Notes: generated by a model not told the origin, from the sequence alone. Shown: positions 1-9,003, counted from the first letter of the stretch. The stretch is DNA of 25,675 nucleotides from Candidatus Methylomirabilota bacterium (GCA_046725675.1 JBKOZA010000578.1:1-25675); one strand, 5' to 3'. Translations and numbers: made by a program.

Positions 1-1541
1 CCGGCGATCTTGGCCCAGTCGTCGGGGTTGCTCGTGTTGGGCAGATCCTCGTTCTCCTTGAACTCCTCGCCCACGGCCGCCACCACGTCGTCGCTGCTCA
101 CGCCCTTGGCGCCGCCGCCGATCAGGCGCTTGAGGGCGAGCTTCTTGGCGCGCCGCACGATCGACTCGATCATGGCGCCCGAGGAGAAGTCCTTGAAGTA
201 CAGGACCTCCTTCTCCCCGTTGGCGTAGGTGACCTCCAGGAAACGGTTGCCCTCGCTGAGGCTGTACATCGTCTCGACCCCGGCCGTGATCATCGCGTCG
301 ACGGTCTCGCCGTTGGCCAGCGGGATGTCGGACGTGAGGTACTTGCGGAAGATGTCGGAGGCGGCCGCCCGGTCCGGACGCTCGATCTTGATCTTCACGT
401 CCAGCCGCCCCGGCCGCAGGATGGCCGGGTCGATCAGGTCCTGCCGGTTGGAGGCACCCATCACGATGACGTTGCGCAGCCCTTCCACGCCGTCGATCTC
501 GGCCAGGAGCTGCGGCACGATGGTGGACTCGACGTCGGACGAGATACCGGTGCCCCGCGTGCGGAACAGCGCGTCCATCTCGTCGAAGAAGACGACGACC
601 GGCACGTCCTCGTTGGCCTTCTCCTTGGCCTTCACGAAAATCTCGCGGATCTTGCGCTCGGTCTCGCCCACGTACTTGTTCAGCAGCTCGGGCCCCTTGA
701 TGTTGAGGAAGAAGCCCTTGATCTTCTCGCCGCGCTTCTCGGAGATCTTCTCGGCGAGATTATTGGCCACCGCCTTGGCGATCATCGTCTTGCCGCAGCC
801 AGGAGGCCCGTAGAGCAGCACGCCCTTGGGCGGCGCCAGCTTGTGCTCCTTGTAATAGTCGGCGTACAGGTACGGCAGCTCGACCGCGTCCTTGATGGCC
901 TCGATCTGGGCGCCGAGGCCGCCGATCTGCTCGTAGCCGATGTCCGGCACTTCCTCCAGTGACAGGTCCTCGACCTCGCTCTTGGGTAGCTTCTCGAGCA
1001 GGTAGCCGCTCTTGGCGTCCATCAGCAGATGGTCGCCGGGCTTGAGCCGCAGCAGCCGCAGCGGGTCGGCGATGACGCTGACCCGATCCTCGTCGGCCCG
1101 CAGCGTCACCACCGCGCGGTCGAGATCGAGCTGCTCCTTGAGGATGACGACCTCGCCCTGAACCTCGAAGCTCGCGGCCTCGACGACGTTGAGCCCCTCG
1201 TTGAGCACCAGTTCCTGGCCGGGCTTGAGGCTGTCGAGCTTGATCGACGGGTGGATGTTCACCTTCACCTTGCGCCCGCTCGCCAGCACGTTGACCGTGC
1301 CGTCGATGTTCCCCGACAGGTAAACGCCGTACGTCGACGGCGGGGCGGAGAGCTTGTCGACCTCCTCCCGCAGCGCGGTGATCTCGTCGCGAGCCTGCGC
1401 AAGCGCCGCCGCCATGCGCTCCTTCTGCCCGTGAGCGTGCGCGGCCTTCTCGTGCGCGCGCGCCAGCTCCTCGGTGAGCACATGCATCTCTTCGCGAGAC
1501 GCCTGACCCTGTCCGATCATCCCGCCGCCGCCGGCCTTCAT
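1..1541 (-). CDS. arc: Proteasome-associated AAA+ ATPase ARC/Mpa (3' end runs off window)
   Basis: Manual minus-strand translation (absent from the ORF track because there is no stop in the window). ATG at 1541 with AGGAGG Shine-Dalgarno. N-terminal coiled coil ending in [12 protein letters not shown] region, Walker A GPPGCGKT, Walker [28 protein letters not shown], and ARC-specific [26 protein letters not shown] and [18 protein letters not shown]. Confidence 0.95.
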   Translation of the reverse strand, partial: MKAGGGGMIGQGQASREEMHVLTEELARAHEKAAHAHGQKERMAAALAQARDEITALREEVDKLSAPPSTYGVYLSGNIDGTVNVLASGRKVKVNIHPSIKLDSLKPGQELVLNEGLNVVEAASFEVQGEVVILKEQLDLDRAVVTLRADEDRVSVIADPLRLLRLKPGDHLLMDAKSGYLLEKLPKSEVEDLSLEEVPDIGYEQIGGLGAQIEAIKDAVELPYLYADYYKEHKLAPPKGVLLYGPPGCGKTMIAKAVANNLAEKISEKRGEKIKGFFLNIKGPELLNKYVGETERKIREIFVKAKEKANEDVPVVVFFDEMDALFRTRGTGISSDVESTIVPQLLAEIDGVEGLRNVIVMGASNRQDLIDPAILRPGRLDVKIKIERPDRAAASDIFRKYLTSDIPLANGETVDAMITAGVETMYSLSEGNRFLEVTYANGEKEVLYFKDFSSGAMIESIVRRAKKLALKRLIGGGAKGVSSDDVVAAVGEEFKENEDLPNTSNPDDWAKIA

Positions 1542-1610
1542 TGCGCTCTCCTCCTGGCGTCCTCGACGCCCACTCGAGTGCCCTGCCTGCGAGGCTCACC
1601 CGAGACCATG

Positions 1611-1627
1611 AGCAAAAGTGAAGCCAT
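1611..1627 (-). promoter_or_regulatory. Sigma54-type -24/-12 promoter of arc
   Basis: Minus strand reads ATGGCTTCACTTTTGCT, i.e. TGGC-N7-TTGC with exact GG-N10-GC spacing. Predicted start near 1600 gives a ~59-nt leader containing the AGGAGG SD. Confidence 0.6.
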
Positions 1628-1779
1628 CTCGTCCGGCCTCGATAGGTGTGGGCGGACGAGCCCGATGCTGGTGAGACGTGGCGGCGCGGGTCGAAATTCC
1701 TCGATGCGGGAGCAACCGATCGGTGTGGCCAGCTCAAAGCCCGACCGCCGGGTGGCGGGCGGAGCGATGGTGCGGCCGC

Positions 1780-2016
1780 TCAGCGACGCCGGTGAAAGAT
1801 CTCGCACCAACGCCGATTGTCCTCGCCACCCGCTTCTGAACTGCCCGAGAGGTAGGCGCTCGCGCTGACGACGGCGTCGTCGAGACCACCGCGTATGGGC
1901 AGATGCGATTCGCACCAGAGAACGTCCAGGATCTCGGCGGTCGGGTCTGCCTCCGGCTCGCAGCCGGGGCAGTACAACCGGGCTACCAGTGGGGTGTCGG
2001 GCGTGTATTCCGTCAT
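1780..2016 (-). CDS. Small Cys/His-rich hypothetical protein (78 aa), possible Zn-binding
   Basis: MTEYTPDTPLVARLYCPGCEPEADPTAEILDVLWCESHLP...RRWCEIFHRRR. Contains CxxC, CxxH and CxxxH motifs and protein-like composition unlike the Arg/Ala/Gly-rich shadow ORFs. ATG at 2016 preferred over the ORF-track start at 2097. Confidence 0.7.
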   Translation of the reverse strand: MTEYTPDTPLVARLYCPGCEPEADPTAEILDVLWCESHLPIRGGLDDAVVSASAYLSGSSEAGGEDNRRWCEIFHRRR

Positions 2017-2030
2017 GGCACCCTGTCCAG

Positions 2031-2046
2031 TGCAATCCCTGCGCCT
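2031..2046 (-). promoter_or_regulatory. Sigma54-like -24/-12 motif upstream of the small Cys-rich gene
   Basis: Minus strand AGGCGCAGGGATTGCA has GG-N10-GC spacing and a perfect TTGCA. The -24 half is imperfect (AGGC rather than TGGC). Confidence 0.4.
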
Positions 2047-2178
2047 ACCCCTCGAAGTCCTTTCCCGACGGGCGTTTGGCATCCGTCCCATGGACACGGA
2101 CCGTCACTTTTCAGAGGCAATACGGCACAGGCTGCCTGGTGAACCGGCAGGATCTCCCAGGGGTTTCCGTGGCCACCG

Positions 2179-2207
2179 TTGACACCCCCCGGAGATCGCC
2201 GGATCAT
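2179..2207 (+). promoter_or_regulatory. Sigma70-like promoter of the M28/ABC operon
   Basis: TTGACA-N17-GATCAT about 30 nt upstream of the GTG start at 2238. Confidence 0.5.
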
Positions 2208-2237
2208 TCGGCATCCCTTTCCGTGAGGTGGATTCCT

Positions 2238-3971
2238 GTGACGGCGTCCTGGGAGTATCGCGATCCACTGGAAGCCCCGCTGGCGGCCGAGGTGTCCGCC
2301 GCCACGCTGATGGAGCACGTCCGGACCATCGGCGCCCTCGAGCGCGAGTCCGGCAGCCCCGGCGAGGCGCAGGCCTTCGATTACATCGAGCGCAGGCTGA
2401 AGGCCTGCGGTGTCGAGGTCGAGCGGCGCGAGATCGAGGCGTACATCAGCTTGCCTCAGAGCGCGCATCTCACCCTGCCCGACGGCACGGTGATCACGGG
2501 CCTGACGCACTCGTTCTCGACGTCGGTCGACGCGCTGGATGCCGAGGTCGTGGACGTCGGCGACGGGCGGCCGGAGGATCTCGCCCGCGCGAAGGGCAAG
2601 CTGGCCCTCGTGCGCGGACTCGCGTCGCCGGGCCGGGCGTGGGCAGCGCAGCAGGCGGGCGTGCTGGGGCAGATCCACGTCCTCATGGATCACCTGCACA
2701 ACATGATCGTGACCACGATCTGGGGCACGCCGGCGCCGGATACGGCCTGGCGCATCCCGGCCACGCCGTGCCTGTCGATCCTCGGCGCCGACGGTGAGGC
2801 ACTCCGCGCGCGACTGGCCGGTGGGCCGCTACGGCTCCGGATGACCACGCGCGTGCGCACGGGCTGGATGTCCATTCCCCATCTCGTCGGCGAGCTGGTC
2901 GGCCGCCAGGAGGACCGCTTCGTGCTCTTCTCGGGGCACGTCGACTCCTGGCACTACGGCGCGATGGACAACGGCACCGCCAACGCGACGATGCTGGAGG
3001 TCGCGCGGCTGCTCGGGGCTCGGCGCGACGCGCTCCGGCGCGGCATCCGCTTCGCGTTCTGGTCGGGACACTCGCACGGGCGCTACGCGGGCTCGGCCTG
3101 GTATGCCGACCACGCCTGGCGAGATCTCCACCAGCGCTGTGTCCTCCACCTGAACGTCGACTCGACGGGAGCTCGGGGCGCCACGGACTACACCGTGCTC
3201 CACGCCACCGAGGACGCCCAGCACTTCGCCGAGACCGTGGTGGCCGACGTCACCGGCCAGCGCAGCCGAGGGCGGCGCTTCTCGCGCGCGGGCGATCAGT
3301 CGTTCTGGGGCGCCGGCGTGCCGTCGGCATTCATGTCGCTGTCGGGGTTGCCCAAGCAGGACACCGAGCTGTCGCGGGCGATGGAGCGGCTGGTGGGCAG
3401 TGCGGGGTTTCCCTGGTGGTGGCACACCAAGGACGACACGGTCGACAAGATCGATCCGGACGTCCTGGTCCTCGACACCAAGGTCTATCTCGCCTCCGCG
3501 CTGCGCTGGCTGAACGCGCCGGTGCTGCCGCTCGACCACTCGCGCGCGGCCCAGAGCTTGCTGGGCGAGCTGGAGACGCTGCAGGAGGCGGCCGGCGGCC
3601 GCTTCGACCTGGCGCCCGCGCTGGACGCGGCGCGGGACCTCGTCGGGCGCCTGCAGCGGGTAACGGCGGCGATGGCCAGCGTGTCGGCCGGCCGGGTGGA
3701 GTCGGCCAACCGCACGCTGATGCGCCTGTCACGCCTGCTCGTCCCTCTCGCCTACACCAGCGGCGATCGTTTCACGCACGACCTGGCGGTGCCGATTTCC
3801 CCCCTGGCCGGGTTGCAGCGCGCTCGCGAGCTGGCCACGCTCGACCCCGACGGCGACGCCTTCAAGTTCGCGCGGGCCGCGCTGGTGCGCGAGCGCAACC
3901 GGGCGGTCCACGCCCTCGAGTCGGCCGCCTCGGCGGCCGACGAGTTCCTTTCCCGGGAAGACAGGAGATAA
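2238..3971 (+). CDS. M28-family metallohydrolase with PA domain (atypical catalytic motif)
   Basis: GHVDSW, GAMDNGTANA, HLNVDS and WWHTKDDT metal-ligand motifs, with a PA-domain region (GKLALVRG). GTG start at 2238 after GAGGTG SD. The ORF-track N-terminal extension from 1989 overlaps promoters and is probably not translated. Confidence 0.85.
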   Translation: MTASWEYRDPLEAPLAAEVSAATLMEHVRTIGALERESGSPGEAQAFDYIERRLKACGVEVERREIEAYISLPQSAHLTLPDGTVITGLTHSFSTSVDALDAEVVDVGDGRPEDLARAKGKLALVRGLASPGRAWAAQQAGVLGQIHVLMDHLHNMIVTTIWGTPAPDTAWRIPATPCLSILGADGEALRARLAGGPLRLRMTTRVRTGWMSIPHLVGELVGRQEDRFVLFSGHVDSWHYGAMDNGTANATMLEVARLLGARRDALRRGIRFAFWSGHSHGRYAGSAWYADHAWRDLHQRCVLHLNVDSTGARGATDYTVLHATEDAQHFAETVVADVTGQRSRGRRFSRAGDQSFWGAGVPSAFMSLSGLPKQDTELSRAMERLVGSAGFPWWWHTKDDTVDKIDPDVLVLDTKVYLASALRWLNAPVLPLDHSRAAQSLLGELETLQEAAGGRFDLAPALDAARDLVGRLQRVTAAMASVSAGRVESANRTLMRLSRLLVPLAYTSGDRFTHDLAVPISPLAGLQRARELATLDPDGDAFKFARAALVRERNRAVHALESAASAADEFLSREDRR

Positions 3972-3975
3972 GCGC

Positions 3976-5562
3976 ATGCGTGCTCTCGCCTCACGGTTGG
4001 TGGGTGGAGTCCTGGTGCTGGGCCTGGTGGCGTCGCTGGTGCCGGCGGCGACCGCGCAGAAGCGGGGCGGCACCCTGACGATCGTCCGCCCGACCGATCC
4101 CGTCTCGCTGGACCCCAACCTCGAGACCACGGCCCCGGGCGCCTGGGTGTACTTCAACATGCTCGAGGGACTGCTGACGCTCGACGACAAGATGCAGGTC
4201 AAGCCGGCCCTGGCGACCTCTTATGAGGTGCTGTCGCCGACCAAGGTGCGCTTCAAGCTGCGCCCCAACGTGAAGTTCCACGACGGGACGCCCTTCAACG
4301 CCGAGGCGGTGAAGTTCACGTTCGACCGCGCCCTCAAGGGCTCGCCCCCGGCGCGCTGGGCGAGCCTGGCCGGTTCCCTCGATCACGCCGAGGTGGTGGA
4401 CCCCCTCACCGTCGACGTCGTGACCAAGGAGCCGTACGGGCCGATCCTCCGCACGCTGGCCATGTACTGCGTGGGGATCGTCTCGCCCACGGCCGTGCAG
4501 AAGCTCGGGCAGGACTTCAGCCGGGCGCCGGTCGGGACCGGCCCGTTCAAGTTCGTGGAGTGGAAGACCAACACCCACGTCATCGTCGAGCGATTCAACG
4601 ACTACTGGGGTGACAAGGCGCTGGTCGACCGCGTGATCTTCAAGGTCGTGCCCGAAGAGGGCGCGCGGATGATCGCGCTGCAGACCGGCGATGCCGACAT
4701 GGTGCTGTTTCCCTCGCCTGCCCAGCTGCCGGCGCTGCGCAAGGATGCTAAGTTCACGGTCCACGAGACCACCGGCATCCGGGTCGTCTTCGCCGGCCTC
4801 CACGCGGGAATGCCGCCGCTGGACGACGTCCGGGTACGCCAGGCGCTGCTGCATGCCGTCGACCGCAAAGCGATCCTCGACAACATCATGGAGGGCTCGG
4901 CCGGGCCGGCGCTGGGCGTGCTGGCGCCGGGCGTGTTCGGCTACAAGGACATGCAGCTCGACAAGGTCTATCCCTTCGACCGGGCCCGGGCCAAGGCCCT
5001 GCTGGCCCAGGCCGGCTGGACGCCCGGTCCCGACGGGATCCTCCAGAAGGGCGGACAGCGGCTTTCGCTGTCGTGGCTGGCGGCCCGCGGCCGTTACCCG
5101 AAGGATGGCGAGATCACCGAGGCCATCCAGGCCATGTTCAAGGAGGTCGGCGTCGAGGCCAAGGTGCAGATCCTGGAGTGGGCGGCGGTGTTCAAGCAGG
5201 TCCGCGAGGCCACCCTCAATCACCACATGTTCACGCTGGGCTGGGTGACCTCGAACGCCGACGCCGACTACTCGCTCTACGCGCTGTTCCACAGCAAGCA
5301 GACGCCGCCCACCGGCTGGAACACCTCCCGCTACGCCAACGCCCGGGTCGACGCGCTGGTCGAGCAGGCCCGCCGCAGCCTGAACCAGACCGAGCGCGAA
5401 AAGCTCTACGGCGAGGTGCAGGACATCCTGGTCAAGGAGATGGTGTGGATCCCCGTCTACACGACCAAGGAGATCATCGTCTCGCGGGCCAGCGTGAAGG
5501 GATTTCACGTCCACCCGGTCGAGTACAACCTGGCCCTCTGGAAGACCTGGCTCGACAAGTAA
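3976..5562 (+). CDS. ABC transporter substrate-binding protein, family 5 (DppA/GsiB-like), Sec signal peptide
   Basis: Signal peptide ending ATA-Q, SLDP, KPALATS, LRPNVKFHDGTPFNAEAVKF, PVGTGPFKFVEW. AGGAG SD in the end of the upstream gene. Confidence 0.92.
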   Translation: MRALASRLVGGVLVLGLVASLVPAATAQKRGGTLTIVRPTDPVSLDPNLETTAPGAWVYFNMLEGLLTLDDKMQVKPALATSYEVLSPTKVRFKLRPNVKFHDGTPFNAEAVKFTFDRALKGSPPARWASLAGSLDHAEVVDPLTVDVVTKEPYGPILRTLAMYCVGIVSPTAVQKLGQDFSRAPVGTGPFKFVEWKTNTHVIVERFNDYWGDKALVDRVIFKVVPEEGARMIALQTGDADMVLFPSPAQLPALRKDAKFTVHETTGIRVVFAGLHAGMPPLDDVRVRQALLHAVDRKAILDNIMEGSAGPALGVLAPGVFGYKDMQLDKVYPFDRARAKALLAQAGWTPGPDGILQKGGQRLSLSWLAARGRYPKDGEITEAIQAMFKEVGVEAKVQILEWAAVFKQVREATLNHHMFTLGWVTSNADADYSLYALFHSKQTPPTGWNTSRYANARVDALVEQARRSLNQTEREKLYGEVQDILVKEMVWIPVYTTKEIIVSRASVKGFHVHPVEYNLALWKTWLDK

Positions 5563-5587
5563 TCGTGCGGGCTGACGGGGGCGGCGG

Positions 5588-6511
5588 ATGCTGACGTTCG
5601 TGGTCCGCCGCCTCCTGCTGGCCGTCCCCGTGCTGCTCGGCGTGGTCTTCGTCGTCATGCTGACCGTCGATCTACTGCCTGGCGACGCGGTGACGCTCAT
5701 GCTCGGCGAGCACGCCACCAAGGACGCCGTCGCCCGCCTGCGCGATCACCTCGGCCTCGACAAGCCGTTCCTGGTCCGCTACCTGGATTACGTCGGACGG
5801 GTCGCCCGCGGGGATCTCGGCCGCTCGATCCAGCAGAACCGGCCCGTCGGCGACGAGCTGGCCGACGCCTGGCCGGCCACGCTCCAGCTCACCGTGGCCG
5901 CCCTGCTCGTCGCCACCGTGGTCGGCCTGGCGGCCGGTATCACCTCGGCGGTGTGGCCCAACTCGCTCTTCGACGCGATGGCGCGCCTGGGCTCGCTGTT
6001 CGGGCTGTCGATGCCCGTCTTCTGGACGGGCCTGGTGCTGATCGTCGTGTTCGCGCTGTGGCTCAACTGGCTGCCGGTGGGCGGCGCCGGCTCGCTCGGC
6101 CACCTCGTGTTGCCGACGGTCACGCTGGCGCTGCCGTCGGTGGCGATGATCGCGCGCATGACGCGCTCGGCCGTGCTGGACGTCCTCCGCGAGGACTACG
6201 TGCGCACCGCCCGCGCCAAGGGGGTGGCCGAGCCGTGGGTGCTGGCCCGCCACGCGCTGCGGAACGCGTTCATCCCGATCCTCACGCTGCTGGGCCTGCA
6301 GTCGGGCCAGCTCATGGGCGGCGCCGTGCTGACCGAGACGGTCTTCGCCTGGCCGGGCCTGGGACGGTTGATGGTCAAGGCGATCTTCGCTCGCGACTAC
6401 GTGCTGCTACAGGGCGCCGTGCTCGTCTTCGCGCTGGCGTTCGTGGTCATCAACCTGCTGGTCGATCTCTCCTACGGCCTGCTCGACCCCCGCGTCGGGC
6501 GTCAGGGTTGA
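5588..6511 (+). CDS. dppB: Peptide/nickel ABC transporter permease (DppB-like)
   Basis: LLPGDAV...LGLDKP...GDLGRS N-terminus and EAA loop DYVRTARAKG. Ends DLSYGLLDPRV. Confidence 0.92.
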   Translation: MLTFVVRRLLLAVPVLLGVVFVVMLTVDLLPGDAVTLMLGEHATKDAVARLRDHLGLDKPFLVRYLDYVGRVARGDLGRSIQQNRPVGDELADAWPATLQLTVAALLVATVVGLAAGITSAVWPNSLFDAMARLGSLFGLSMPVFWTGLVLIVVFALWLNWLPVGGAGSLGHLVLPTVTLALPSVAMIARMTRSAVLDVLREDYVRTARAKGVAEPWVLARHALRNAFIPILTLLGLQSGQLMGGAVLTETVFAWPGLGRLMVKAIFARDYVLLQGAVLVFALAFVVINLLVDLSYGLLDPRVGRQG

Positions 6512-6584
6512 GGATGATCACGCGGGTTCTCGGCCCGATCGTCGGGCACCGGAGCCCTGCGCAGGCGCCCCGACGGCAAATCTG

Positions 6585-7418
6585 ATGGACGCCTGGGGGC
6601 GGTTCCGGCGCAACCGGCTGGCGCTGATCGGCCTGGCCCTGGTGGCCGTGCTCGCGGCCAGCGCGGTGCTGGCGCCGTGGCTGGCTCCCTACGATCCCGC
6701 TCGCCAGAGTCTGATCGAGAAGCGCGCCAAGCCCGGCGGCAAGTACGTGCTCGGCGCCGACGAGTTCGGGCGCGACATCCTGTCGCGCGTCATCTACGGC
6801 TCGCGCGTGGCGCTGCTGGTCGGGCTGCTGTCGGCGGCGATCGCCGTCGCCGGTGGCCTGCTGCTGGGCACGCTGGCGGGTTTCAGCGGCGGCTGGCTCG
6901 ACGCCCTCCTCATGCGCGGCATCGAGATCCTGCTGGCCTTCCCGTACCTGCTGCTGGCGCTGGCCATCGTCGCCGCGCTGGGGCCCGGCGCGCTGAACAC
7001 CACGATCGCGGTCGGCATCTGGGGAGTGCCGGCGGTGACGCGCATCGTGCGCGGCTCGGTCCTGGCGCTGCGCGAGACCGAATACGTCGGCGCCGCCCGG
7101 GCGCTCGGCGCGCCCGTGTTCGCGCTGCTGCGCCGTCACATCCTGCCCAACATCGTTCCCGGCCTCATCGTCTACGCCACGCTGTTCATGGCCAACGCGA
7201 TCTTGCTCGAGGCCGCGCTGTCGTTCCTGGGCCTGGGTGTGCAGCCGCCGACCGCGTCCTGGGGGCTGATGGTGTCGACCGGGCGTGACGTGCTGCTGGT
7301 GGCGCCGCACGTGGCGACCGTCCCCGGCCTGGCCATCATGCTGACGGTGCTGGCGTTCAACTTCGTCGGCGACGGCCTGCGCGACGCGCTGGATCCCCGT
7401 CTTCGGGGGAGCGGGTAG
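6585..7418 (+). CDS. dppC: Peptide/nickel ABC transporter permease (DppC-like); 5' end possibly frameshifted
   Basis: LGADEFGRDILSRVIYGSRV, EYVGAARALG, HILPN, SFLGLG..PP..SWG, GDGLRDALDPR. Confidence 0.92.
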   Translation: MDAWGRFRRNRLALIGLALVAVLAASAVLAPWLAPYDPARQSLIEKRAKPGGKYVLGADEFGRDILSRVIYGSRVALLVGLLSAAIAVAGGLLLGTLAGFSGGWLDALLMRGIEILLAFPYLLLALAIVAALGPGALNTTIAVGIWGVPAVTRIVRGSVLALRETEYVGAARALGAPVFALLRRHILPNIVPGLIVYATLFMANAILLEAALSFLGLGVQPPTASWGLMVSTGRDVLLVAPHVATVPGLAIMLTVLAFNFVGDGLRDALDPRLRGSG

Positions 7419-7427
7419 CGGCCTATC

Positions 7428-7832
7428 TCAGAGGCTCCTCTCTGGCGAGAACATCGGCACCGGCGGCCCGCCGTCGGTCGGCTTGAACACGACGCGAACC
7501 GGCTGTCCGATGCGGATGGCGTCGAGGTCGCAGTCGACGAGGTTCGTCATCATCGTGGGCCCTTCCGCGAGCGTGACGTAGGCGATCGCGTAGGGGACGG
7601 GCGCGCGGCGGAAGACGCTGTAGGAATAGACCGTCCCTCGCCCGGAGGCCTCCGTCCACTCGGTGCGATCGCTGCCGCAGAACGGGCAGATGGCGCGCGG
7701 GTAGTGGTGGAGCTCCCCGCACGCGGTGCAGCGCTTGAGCACGAGCTTGCCCTGAGCCGCCGCGTCCCAGAACGCCTGCGTCTCGGGGTTGGTCGGCGGG
7801 GCCGGGATCGAGCGCTCCTTGGCGACGGCCAT
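7428..7832 (-). CDS. DUF35 Zn-ribbon/OB-fold protein (acyl-CoA-binding partner of thiolase-like enzymes)
   Basis: PETQAFWDAAAQGKL, CTAC...CPFC Zn ribbon, GRGTVYSYS, GPTMMTNLV, IGQPVRVVF. Starts 1 nt after the thiolase-like stop. Confidence 0.92.
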   Translation of the reverse strand: MAVAKERSIPAPPTNPETQAFWDAAAQGKLVLKRCTACGELHHYPRAICPFCGSDRTEWTEASGRGTVYSYSVFRRAPVPYAIAYVTLAEGPTMMTNLVDCDLDAIRIGQPVRVVFKPTDGGPPVPMFSPERSL

Positions 7833-7833
7833 C

Positions 7834-9003
7834 TCACTGTCTCCCCATGATCAGCGTCGCGCTGCCGTGGCGGGTCCCGAGCGAGCCACCGGTGCCGTGC
7901 GCCAGGGCGACGTCGCAGTTCCTCACCTGCACCTTCGGGTGCGCCTCGCCGCGGAGCTGGCGCACGGCCTCGACCACCTTGGTGAGGCCGCCGCGGTTGG
8001 CGGGGTGGTTGTTGCAGAGGCCACCGCCGTCCGTGTTGAACGGCAGCCGGCCGACACCGGAGATCAGGTTGCCGTCGGCGACGAGCTTACCGCCCTGGCC
8101 CTTGGCGCAGAAGCCGAGATCCTCCAGGGTGATCAGCACGGTGATCGTGAAGCTGTCGTAGATCGACACGTACTTCACGTCGGCGGGCGTGAGGCCGGCC
8201 TCGGCGAACGCTGCCGGTCCCGACCAGCGCGCCCCCGTGTAGGTGAGGTCGACCTTGCCGCCCATCTGGTGCTTCACGCCCGCGCCGGCACCCAGCACCG
8301 GCACCAGCGGACGCTGGAGGTCCCGCGCGATCTCCGGCCGGGTGACCACGATGGCGCCGCCCCCGTCGGTGATGACGCAGCAGTCGAGCCGATGGAGCGG
8401 GTCGGCGATGATCGGCGAGTCGAGCACCTGCTCGACGGTGACGACCTCCCGCAGCAGCGCGCGGGGATTGTGCTGGGCGTGCTGCGAGGCTGCCACCTTG
8501 ATCCAGGCCAGCTGCGCGCTGGTCGTGCCGTACTCGTGCATGTGCCGCATGGCGGCCATGGCGTACTGGTTGACGACCGTCGGTCCGAACGGGTACTCGA
8601 AGGCGACGTCGGGGGCGGCCGCACCGTAGTTGCGCGGCGCGGTGCCGGTGGCCATGCCTTCCGCGCGCGGCCGGCCGGCCAGCGTGATGAGCGCCACGTT
8701 GCACTGTCCGGCCGCGATCGCCGCCGCCGCGTGGGCGACGTGGATCACGTACGAGGAGCCACCGGTCTCGGTGGTGTCGATGTGCCGGAGCTTGAGCCCC
8801 ATGTAGTCGGCCATCGACAGCCCGCCCAGCCCGGGCGCGTCGCCCGCGCAGAAGTAGCCGTCCACGTCGGCGCGGCTGAGCCCGGCGTCCTCCAGCGCGC
8901 CCCGCGCCGATTCGGCGTGGAGCTGAGCCAGGGACTGCTGGTCGGCCTTGCGCGTGGGATGCTCGAAGACACCGGCGATGTAGGCCTTGCCCTTGATACT
9001 CAC
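7834..9003 (-). CDS. Thiolase-like protein (SCP2/Ltp2-type, lacking the nucleophilic Cys)
   Basis: GTG start at 9003 after GGAGG SD. AYIAGVFEHP, HAQHNPRA, LHRLDCCVITDGGGA, YDSFT, EDLGFC, NTDGGGL, EAVRQLRG. ETGGSS sits where thiolases have the active-site Cys. Confidence 0.9.
   Translation of the reverse strand: MSIKGKAYIAGVFEHPTRKADQQSLAQLHAESARGALEDAGLSRADVDGYFCAGDAPGLGGLSMADYMGLKLRHIDTTETGGSSYVIHVAHAAAAIAAGQCNVALITLAGRPRAEGMATGTAPRNYGAAAPDVAFEYPFGPTVVNQYAMAAMRHMHEYGTTSAQLAWIKVAASQHAQHNPRALLREVVTVEQVLDSPIIADPLHRLDCCVITDGGGAIVVTRPEIARDLQRPLVPVLGAGAGVKHQMGGKVDLTYTGARWSGPAAFAEAGLTPADVKYVSIYDSFTITVLITLEDLGFCAKGQGGKLVADGNLISGVGRLPFNTDGGGLCNNHPANRGGLTKVVEAVRQLRGEAHPKVQVRNCDVALAHGTGGSLGTRHGSATLIMGRQ

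Noticed and set aside
1542-1779. arc upstream region as a riboswitch or known ncRNA
   Set aside because: Only short hairpins are present and no motif of a known RNA family is recognisable by eye. The sigma54 promoter explains part of the region. An Infernal/Rfam search would settle it.
10-1868. Plus- and minus-strand ORFs 10-228, 229-813, 760-1737, 1029-1868
   Set aside because: They are antisense or alternative-frame shadows of arc, which the ORF track missed. No recognisable motifs.
1780-2016. Small protein next to arc considered as Pup/UBact because it contains EAGGE
   Set aside because: The GGE is internal and followed by 13 more residues. Pup needs a C-terminal GGE/GGQ and is disordered and Cys-poor.
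1989-2237. N-terminal extension of the M28 ORF
   Set aside because: It overlaps the divergent small gene and both promoters. The GTG at 2238 has an SD and a promoter.
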